Assembly (NCBI GenBank): GCA_025786725.1 | Contig: JAHLTZ010000029.1 | Coordinates: forward strand, 186,001-250,000 | DNA: 64,000 nucleotides | Source of the DNA: Syncephalis fuscata S228 | Lineage: Eukaryota; Fungi; Zoopagomycota | Direction: 5' to 3' | Part shown: positions 28,475-38,853 of the stretch, piece after piece | Numbering within the stretch: position 1 is the first letter of the stretch | Layout of the letters: the number at the start of each line of letters is the position of its first letter | Notes under the pieces: generated by a model | The model's input: the letters and a program-made list of their open reading frames with translations, nothing else | Told to the model about the DNA's origin: nothing | Databases searched by the model: none | Position numbers and translations under genes: made by a program

Positions 28475-31445
28475 ATGTCCTCCAAACAATCTGCTTTGTT
28501 TTCCGGCAATAGAAAGAGCCAAAGCAACGCTATTAAGCAAGATAATAATTATTTGTTTGAAAAACAAGGTACCAGTAAAAATTATACTAGCGAACCATCG
28601 ACATCCAAAGAGTCAATTCAAAGTAAAATAAACAACATAGAACAGTCGCCAAAAAATCAAAATGATTATGAGGGTGAACAGAAAGATAGTTTAGGCGACC
28701 TTCCTACACCCACCACAATAAACAGTGTAATACGGCATCAAAGTTCAAAAAATCGTCGAGTTCCTGTCCCTCGCCGTAGTTTGACTGTGCGAAGTACTGA
28801 TAGTTCCCATCGAGCTCGTAGTCGTAGCAATGGCAGTGTATCCACCAGCACTGCTACTTACCCGGCAACAAACAACCACCGAAAGATAGTCACACAACAG
28901 CGTACATCTTCAAAAAATCCATCTCGTTCTACATCTACTAGAAGAAGTCTTAATAAAGGACTGGCCGACACACTAATTTCATCGGTGGAATTTTCTGAAT
29001 GGGATACTTCACGTAGTAAATTAAATGACAGTCGATTATCAAAAAACAGCTTCAGTAATAATAAAACAAAAAAGCCATCAATTAATTCAATAAGACATAG
29101 CTTTTCTAGTCAGTCATCGAGTCGATTGCCAAAGAATAAAGGTAAGCAACCGGTTGATAGTGAAGATTATAATTTTGAGCAAAAAATCGACGCGTATTTC
29201 TCACCAACACCAGTAAGTTCGCCAGTACAACAAAGAAATAGCGAACGTTCAGAAAATAGCCAATTTTCAATGGCGCCAGATAGTAACGATGGTGCTGTTA
29301 AACATCATGTTTATCTTGGCTTACTGGCAACAAGCAACAAGAAATCTTGGATGGTTCAATTTACGTAGTAATTTAGAAGCACAATATGATGGGCAAACAA
29401 AAATAACAAGAAATCGACGGCCAGCCTGGTCAGCCACTCGCGGTTTAGAAAATATCTATCAGTTTACTCAAAATCAACCTCACATGACAGCTTTAATGGT
29501 CGGTAAAGAATACGCTGAGCGCGAAAAACACATACGCACATCTCGAAAGTATCAAGACGATGAACTGACTAATCAAGAAAGTACATCTCAGTCGCTTAGT
29601 ACAGAAAAGCTTAAAAACACTACTAATGAAACTACTACGTCACGTTCATTACAAAAAACTCATAGCTCAGTCGAGAGTTTTAACAGTGGCGACACCGTTA
29701 ATTATTTTAATCTTACACCCGATGAAATTGGACGTTTGTACGCCAAAATAGCTGAGGATAGTGCTCAGTATCGATTATTTCGATTAGAAGAACACGATCA
29801 ATTATGTCGGCAGATCAAGAATTTAGAATCTCGTGTTGAGAAGCTAGCCAATCGTTTGGCTTTAGAAACGCGTCTTCGTGATGGGCATTAGAACTTTATC
29901 ATCTTCATAGTAGAAACAAAAAAGTGGCTGCGCAAATAGAAGAGCAATATCGACTGATTAATCGTCGTATGGATCAGCTGTGCCTAAATTTATGGAGACA
30001 AACACGGCGTGCTTGGTGTGCCAGACGTTCACTTTTAGAGCATCAGGTTCATATATCTGTACGAGTAGCTGACGAATTGGAATCTGCCTGGCACACGCTA
30101 CAGCAAACTAAAAATTCTACCTTGACTGAAGATGAGGTAATTGAATTGACCGCCATGTTAGAAGAGCAGAAAATACAATTGGATCATGCAAATTTATTAG
30201 TTATATCTAAAACACAGCGTATTCGAGAACTTGAAGAACAATTAGCCTGAACAGAAATATCAACAAACCTCGGCGTCTGATACAACCAATGCACAAATAA
30301 TAGCAATAGAAGAGCCGATAAATCATAGTATATCGTTGTCATGTAAGTTTTAAATGTTTTATTTAATTAAAATTAATTATAAATGTATCCAAATAGCTGA
30401 AAAAAGCTTAAATCATTATTCTTTGGTACAAATTCAAGAGTTGCAACAAGAATTAAATGGTATGAGACAGCGTGAAGTTCATTACATTGAGATTATACAG
30501 CAACAGGCAAAAAAGCTGCACTCTACCAATGTTGGTAGTTCGGGTTTTAGTAATGAAAGTATTCGCGACAATAACGAGATTTCCGATAAACTACTTGACG
30601 ATCTTGTAACTGATTCTAAAATGTCTGCAAACAATGCTCTTATTGTACAAAATTTAGAGGAAAATTTACTACAGGCCAACTCTAATACTGATTTTTATCA
30701 TTTACGTGTAAACGAGTACGAATCAACCATGCAAAACCTATACGTTCAATTGCAGGCCGCATTTGCTATTTCAAATGTTCCTAGTTATTCTAAATATTCT
30801 AATGAAAATAGCCAAGAAAAAGCAGCTATATACAAAACAGAAAATGATGACCTGTTACATTTGAAATTTCAACAGACTGAGCCGCTATTTATGGATGGTC
30901 GAGCGCTAAGCGTAGTTAACAATGCACCATATAGTCTCGAAGCATTTTCACGTGGGATCATTCAGCTATTGGATCGCTATCGCCGTTTGGTCATACACCA
31001 GCAACTAGTGGCCAGTGGACAAGCAGAGAATGCCGAGGGACATGCTTGGTCGGCCAGTGTATCCAACTTTCCAATACCCGGCACAAATGTTTTATCGGCA
31101 CAATATCCAACTAATAACACTAAACGTGCTGATTCCTCTATAGCCATACCTTCAACTATATTTAACCCACCGGTATCAAGCTTCGAAACTCAGAATGAAT
31201 CAAAAGCTGCATGGGATCAAGCTAGAGCTCAAACGGTATACCAACATTTAAATCAATTTCCGTCGCCACGTACGTCGGAAGACCACCCAACAGCCTCACG
31301 AGGATCGGATAATAACGAGCGAATTCGTCTCTTAGAAGACGAGATTGAATTATTACGCGAAAGAGATACCCAAGCACGTATGTTTATTGCACGTCTTGGT
31401 CGTAAAAACAATCAAGATCAAACGTCTAGTTCCAGTTTGAATTAG
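28475..31445 (+). CDS. Second, divergent Uds1-domain paralog (frame-disrupted in this assembly)
   Basis: ORFs 28475-29368, 29289-29891, 29924-30250 and 30354-31445 chain together. AEDSAQYRLFRLEEHDQL..RLALETRLRD..RRMDQLCLNLW..LLEH matches Uds1. YSLEAFSRGIIQLLDRYRRL resembles YSLDAFVLRIQNLIAHYRRL of the upstream gene. Confidence 0.75.
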
Positions 31446-31618
31446 ATCATTTACACAAATAAACACGATACCAATTTGTATAAAAAATATGCAATTACAT
31501 ACAATACAATAAAGTTTATATTCAAATCAGTTATTAATATAGCATAGTTTAGTGTTATAATCATTCAGCCTGATTACTAGCAATTTATTAATATGTAAAA
31601 AGCGATAGCACTGCTGTA

Positions 31619-33465
31619 TTATTGGGTCAATAATTGCTTATCAGATACTGCAGCAAATGCTATATCAAGCCACTCGATTATCTGAGCAGGCTCTTCAAGA
31701 CCTATGCTTATACGAATTAAATCCATTGGAAGATTATATTTTTGTGCCCGCTCTGGTTCTTTGTAGTGATTCAAGGTTGTATATGCACAAACCATAGTGA
31801 AATTTGTACCAAATGTTGTGCCTTTAGCGCAGAGTAGTGCATCGTAGAATGCACGGGATGCTTCGGAGTGTGTAGATTTAGCGAAAGTAAACAGCCATAG
31901 CCTCCATTTGGTTTTTTGTATGAATCATATATTTCCCGGTCTACATACTTTGGATAATAAAACTTTGCAACTATTGCACTATTAGTATCGTATTAATTAT
32001 TGCCAACTCGGTTTACCTTTAGGATGATTATAAAGATAATCGCAAACAATCTCTGCCGTATGGTTGATGCGTGCATCTCTCTCCATAAATGTACGGCTGT
32101 TTCGCTCAAGTACCAATACATCTTGCCACCACATTGTATCTTCATAACCTGGACGACCAGTGCCATCGTCCACATTTAATGCATGCTGTAAACGAGCACC
32201 GTGTGGCCGAGTAGTATTTACAATTAAACTATACTACAGGTCATTAAACGTAATTAGATTGGTGTAATCACTTACCTGCCAGCCAGAAGATCGCATTCAC
32301 CACTAAAAAGTTTCGATAAACTGACGATCATTACATCTACAAATGGCAACAGCTGGCTATTCGAAAAACCACCTACAGTGGCGTCTATTAACAATGGTAT
32401 GTTAAATTTATCGGCCAATGCGCTTAATCTTCTGACATTTGGACTCATTAACAATGGATTAGTAGGAAGTTCACAAAAAATAGAAATAATTGGATCTTGT
32501 GTTGGATCATTCAGTATTTTTTCCAATTCATCAATTTCTTCTTCGGAACCATAGCCAAAAAATAGACAGTCAGTTCCAACCAATTCTAGTATCTTATGCG
32601 AATCTGTAAAAACAAAGCTATTTGTTGTTAATAAAGAGCTGTCTTTTATAATTTACCTACCCAAAACAAACAGTCCTGCACTTTGGTTTCATAAATCCAC
32701 TAAACGATTTAAATGAAAAATTGCATTCATACCACATGGATACAAGTATACATTGTTTTCATTTAATGCCAATGCACTAGGATGTTGTCGTGTAAATTCG
32801 GTATTTCCATCATCAGCATCGCTGTAGGTTGCATGTAGAACATTGACAAGGCGCTGCTGAATAAGCTGTTTGGCCTTGTCTACCTGATCAGCAGGTAAAT
32901 GATCAGTGGGTGGGGTCTGAAGCGATATGGCCTCTAGATCTACGTTGTGCTCAAGGGATACATCTGGCTTGTAAATGCCTACTTCGTTTAAGCAGAAATC
33001 AGCAAATCGTGTACTAATGCCAACGCCAGTATATGTCCAGTATTTTCTAACAAACTCAGCATCTTCCATAGGGTAAACTATGATATGCACATCGTACTTT
33101 CCAAATTTGAGCGTATCAACAATTACATCATCTCGAATTGAATTATTGCTTTTGATTGCCCTCTGTTTATATATAGCATTACGACATAATTCGCATGCTT
33201 CGCGCGTCAGTAACAGCATAAAATTATTATTGCTAGTATCAATCTCTAACTGTTTCAGACACTCTTTCGCTAGCTGTTTTACTCGATAATGGACTACATA
33301 GCGTGGATAACCAATGTTTAATATCGAGAAAAGATATGAGTTGTCTTCATAAAAATCTATGTAGTTTTTCCATGCAGGAAAAGATACAGATATAGCATGC
33401 AAATTATTGATTGGAGTAGTTTTTGCAAAGGATAGTTTGCCGAGAGGCAATACTTTTGTCGACAT
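31619..33465 (-). CDS. Cystathionine gamma-synthase-like PLP enzyme (STR2/Met-7 family), copy A
   Basis: HAISVSFPAW, GYPRYVVH, TGVGISTRFAD, VYLYPCGMNAIF, FCELPTNPLL, PLP lysine SLSKLFSGECDLLAG, GYGCLLS, KGTTFGTNFT, LIRISIGLE. Confidence 0.88.
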
Positions 33466-34402
33466 TTGGTTAAAAGTACTGTTAAATAAAGTAGAACTGA
33501 ACTAAACTGAAGAATAAAAGCGAAATACCAAATGTCCCAAACATGTGCTATTTATTGAATACGTCATTCAGCCTTTGTTGTTTAAATATACGTAATGCGT
33601 TGCACAAGCAAATATAGCATTGCCTTTAGATACATAGCAGTATTTAATGATGTGCAAGATGTATAGAGTAAACAAGCAATAGTAAATACATTGTATTATT
33701 TATTGTAAGTTAATATACTAAAAAATGTCTTAATGGTAAATTGATTATTTATTTACTGTATATGTCTACGGACTCATCAATTACTAAAACGTAAATTTAT
33801 TTGCTAGTGCTACGTGGACTATTTGATGGCAGACTGTAATTTGTATAGCATAGCATAGGCAAAGTAATTGAAAATAATACATAGCTATGTAAGCAAATAA
33901 TAAATAAATGATAATGAAAATAGATAGTAATAATATAACGCAATTATTTTAACAATAACGTAGCTATTATGCTTTGACCAGCGTAGCAGGAAACGTTCGA
34001 TGGGAGGAAGAACGGACGAGGAGGATTGAGTCAGTATCGAATAAAACTGTTGTGTAAAAATCTACTCATGAATGTTTTGGGCAGTTGAAACGGAACATTT
34101 GTGTATGTATACCATAAACTAATTTTTATTCCAAGTTCTATGTTAATAAATAGGGGAAATAAATCCTTGATTATCAGATCGTAATACATGTTTTGAATCA
34201 TTTATGTTGTCCATTTGTTTCCACCTGGTTAAATCGTGGCACAGCAACATTGATCAAATATTTAATAAAGCTAATAAAAATGTTATTTAAATTAGTTGTT
34301 AATATAATATAATTTGATAGATATATACTAATGTAGTATAGCGACCATTCAGCCTGATTACTAGCAGTTTATTAATATGTAAAAAGCGATAGCACTGCTG
34401 TA

Positions 34403-36247
34403 TTATTGGGTCAATAATTGCTTATCAGATACTGCAGCAAATGCTACATCAAGCCACTCGATTATCTGAGCAGGCTCTTCAAGACCTATGCTTATACGCA
34501 GCAAATCCACTGGAAGATTATATTTTTGTGCCCGCTCTGGTTCTTTGTAGTGATTCAAAATTGTATGTGCACAAACCATAGTGAAATTTGTACCAAATGT
34601 TGTGCCTTTAGCGCAGAGTAGTGCGTCGTAGAATGCACGGGATGCTTCGGGAGTGTGTAGATTTAGCGAAAGTAAACAGCCATAGCCTCCATTTGGTTTT
34701 TTGTATGAATCATACATTTCCCGGTCTACATACTTTGGATAATAAAACTTTGCAACTATTGCACTATTAGTATCGTATTAATTATTGCCAACTCGGTTTA
34801 CCTTTAGGATGATTATAAAGATAATCGCAAACAATCTCTGCCGTATGGTTGATGCGTGCATCTCTCTCCATAAATGTACGGCTGTTTCGCTCAAGTACCA
34901 ATACATCTTGCCACCACATTGTATCTTCATAACCTGGACGACCAGTGCCATCGTCCACATTTAATGCATGCTGTAAACGAGCACCGTGTGGCCGAGTAGT
35001 ATTTACAATTAAACTATACTACAGGTCATTAAACGTAATTAGATTGGTGTAATCACTTACCTGCCAGCCAGAAGATCGCATTCACCACTAAAAAGTTTCG
35101 ATAAACTGACGATCATTACATCTATAAATGGCAACAGCTGGCTATTCGAAAAACCACCTACAGTGGCGTCTATTAACAATGGTATGTTAAATTTATCGGC
35201 CAATGCGCTTAATCTTCTGACATTTGGACTCATTAACAATGGATTAGTAGGAAGTTCACAAAAAATAGAAATAATTGGATCTTGTGTTGGATCATTCAGT
35301 ATTTTTTCCAATTCATCAATTTCTTCTTCGGAACCATAGCCAAAAAATAGACAGTCAGTTCCAACCAATTCTAGTATCTTATGCGAAGCTGTAAAAACAA
35401 AGCTATTTGTTGTTAATAAAGAGCTGTCTTTTATAATTTACCTACCCAAAACAAACAGTCCTGCACTTTGGTTTCATAAATCCCACTAAACGATTTAAAT
35501 GAAAAATTGCATTCATACCACATGGATACAAGTATACATTGTTTTCATTTAATGCCAATGCACTAGGATGTTGTCGTGTAAATTCGGTATTTCCATCATC
35601 AGCATCGCTGTAGGTTGCATGTAGAACATTGACAAGGCGCTGCTGAATAAGCTGTTTGGCCTTGTCTACCTGATCAGCAGGTAAATGATCAGTGGGTGGG
35701 GTCTGAAGCGATATGGCCTCTAGATCTACGTTGTGCTCAAGGGATACATCTGGCTTGTAAATGCCTACTTCGTTTAAGCAGAAATCAGCAAATCGTGTAC
35801 TGATGCCAACACCAGTATATATCCAGTAGTTTTTAACAAAGTCGGCATCTTCCTTAGAATGAACTAAAATATGCACATCGTACTTTCCAAATTTGAACGT
35901 ATCAACAATTACATCATCTCGAATTGAATTATTGCTTTTGATTGCCCTCTGTTTATATATAGCATTACGCATAATTCGCATGCTTGCGCGTTAACAATAG
36001 CAAAAATTATTATTGCTAGTATCAATCTCTAACTGCTTCAAACACTCTTTCGCTAGCTGTTTTACTCGATAATGGACTATATAACGTGGATAACCAATGT
36101 TTGATATCAACCAAACATTTGGATTGCCTTCACCAATATCTATATAATCCTTCCATGTGGGAACAGATGCAGATATAGCGTGCAAATTATTGATTGGAGT
36201 AGTTTTTGCAAAGGATATTTGCCGAGAGGCAATACTTTTGTCGACAT
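34403..36247 (-). CDS. Cystathionine gamma-synthase-like PLP enzyme, copy B (tandem duplicate)
   Basis: Same motifs and intron positions as copy A, with near-identical nucleotide sequence over most of its length. Confidence 0.88.
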
Positions 36248-37089
36248 TTGGTTAAAAGTACTGTTAAATAAAGTAGAACTGAACTAAACTGAAGAATAAA
36301 AGCGAAATACCAAATGTCCAAACATGTGCTATTTATTGAATACGTCATTCAGCCTTTGTTGTTTAAATATACGTAATGCGTTGCACAAGCAAATATAGCA
36401 TTGCCTTTAGATACATAGCAGTATTTAATGATGTGCAAGATGTATAGAGTAAACAAGCAATAGTAAATACATTGTATTATTTATTGTAAGTTAATATACT
36501 AAAAAATGTCTTAATGGTAAATTGATTATTTATTTACTGTATATGTCTACGGACTCATCAATTACTAAAACGTAAATTTATTTGCTAGTGCTACGTGGAC
36601 TATTTGATGGCAGACTGTAATTTGTATAGCATAGCATAGGCAAAGTAATTGAAAACAATATACAGCCATGTAAGCAAATAATAAATAATGATAATGAAAA
36701 TAGATAATAATAATATAATGCAATTATTTTAACAATAATATTAATGGTATAGTTAGCCATCTTATTTCTTTCCTTCATTGCCATTCTACTAATGTTATAC
36801 AATTTATTAATCAGTTAGTATAATTTTGTAATTAAATTTTTACATTTAATAGCATTCATTTATTGAGGATAAAGTTGGATGGTGAATAATATCAGCTATC
36901 AAATCAACATCATCATCGTTTTTACGTGTATGTCCTCTATTTATTCATTTTATTTTCGTTGCTCATTAATTTCACTATATCATTTTATCACATACTGCAC
37001 TCACTATCATTAAAAAACAATACTAAGATTTTTACGCATTATTGAAGAATTGCGCAAAAAAAATTTTATAAGCATTGTTGCTTTGATTT

Positions 37090-38449
37090 TTATTGGATAT
37101 TAACTGTAGATTGTTTAAATATGTTTAATGGCCGTTTTGCTAGCTGCTTTATTTTTCCAATAGTAGAAGTAGGCGTTGGCATTTAAGTCGGAATTAAGCA
37201 GCCTAGGCTATTACCGCTATTTACCGCCACCATAAATCAAGAAGACTAATTAGTTTTTCTGCTGCTGCTCCGCCGGATTTAGTTGGTAGTTTTAAGACTC
37301 TACCTTCAGAATCTGGATAGCTTTTAATGAGCTTTATCTTTATTTGTTCCAGCATTGCTAATTAACTTTTGCTGTTCACCATGATATTTGTGCTGTTACC
37401 TGGAAGATTTCTAATAGCATTGTGGATAAATACAAATTGCTGACTGAGACTGAGTGCAAAAAACCGGTAATAAATCAAGGTATCTTTTGGACAAACTTAT
37501 GTTTTCATAATTGCATAGAGGATAGGCAATATTTTTATCCAGCTTTTCTAGCGGTACCAGTTTTCTAGTAAATAGAACATTATTTTCAACAAGTTGCTTG
37601 CAAGCATCATAAGCAATTATTATTGCTTTTACGCTTTTTGAATTTGGTATTTGCCTGACTATGATATTTATTCAAATAATCAGATACTAATACAAACGCA
37701 TATTATTAGCATACTTTTGTTTTCCAAGTTGTAATGAACCAAGTTAGCATAGTGGAAATACATAACATCTAATTATTTTTAGTGACTATATACAATCCAT
37801 AGAATTGTTGCATATTGTGTGTCATTTGAAAAAACACTTATGGAAAAAACACAGCTTTTCTGCCCATAACTTTGTGTTGCTAAACTGATCCAATTCAGTG
37901 CCTTCAGCAAACGAATAGATATAACAAAAAGCATAATCACGACTAGTGGGTGATTCTGGTATTACAAATTTATGTACTGATAGCTGCATATAATTTCTGC
38001 CTTTTGTCATATCATCTTGCATCAATTTTTGTCTTCTACTTCTTTTAATATCTATTTTTTGAGTTCAGTCAATTATCAATAAACAAACAGAGTCCTTATG
38101 TTGGACGCTACAGCTTCTTCCGACTCTATACTAATCCATACACACTTTAAAATCTACATTGGTCTTTCCATACGACATCGCCAAAACTTATTCCACCTGC
38201 TCTGCCAATCCACGTAATTGAGTCAAAACCATGCTCTTTAAGTTTGCTGCTATTTTTAAAATATCTATAACCAAGATTATTATTACCAAGATTTGCTAAA
38301 ATAAATGCTGTTTAATAAACAGTGCATTCTCAGCGGATTTACATGCGCTTACCACCGAGTTTTGCGCCAACAGCATCTACTAGTGATACACTGCAAAGAG
38401 CCATCAAAGCACAAATAGTTGTAACGTTAAACAAAGTAAATCTTGACAT
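37090..38449 (-). pseudogene. Secreted kinase-like (pseudokinase) gene, frame-disrupted
   Basis: Signal peptide MSRFTLFNVTTICALMALCSVSLVDA followed by a GTAAG donor. Later segments FCYIYSFAEGTELDQF and VMYFHYANLVHYNLENK-NIIVRQ..VKAIIIAYD align by eye to kinase subdomains IV-VII, with HRD replaced by HYN and DFG by AYD. There are several frameshifts/stops and one acceptor lacks AG. Confidence 0.5.
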
Positions 38450-38853
38450 ACCAAATTGATGCTTCGATAAGTCTTTTAGCATTTACTCTTGGATAGAGTT
38501 ATTAAATAAGCATATAAAAATGAATAAAATGTTTATATTGAGCGCTGCAGTAATAACATTAAATGCTGACTTATTGAAGCCATGACATTCACTGTGCTCA
38601 ATAACTTTAGGATTTAAATAAAATATTGTTGTAATTAAGCCAATATGTACTTTTTATATTGCATATGTATACAAGCCTTATGTTACATGTTTATGTCATT
38701 CATTTTTTGTCAACCATTAAACGCAAATAAGACATGAGTATAAATACAATAGTCTGATTACGTAAAATTAAAATGGGGTCATGTTTATTGCTATAATTTT
38801 GCATAGCTGAATAGACACGGTTGACAGCAGACTTTTTGATACTAATAGTATCA

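Larger units (their letters stand above)
31562..36738. repeat. Direct tandem duplication of ~2.4 kb (31562-33958 and 34346-36738)
   Basis: Both copies begin cattcagcctgattactagca and end caattattttaacaataa. The unit includes 3' flank, gene, introns and ~490 bp of upstream DNA. A ~390-bp largely unique spacer separates them. Confidence 0.95.

Noticed and set aside
31993-32175. 60-aa ORF MWTMALVVQ (also at 34778-34960)
   Set aside because: It is a wrong-frame reading of an internal synthase exon. The real frame reads YEDTMWWQDVLVLERNSRTF.
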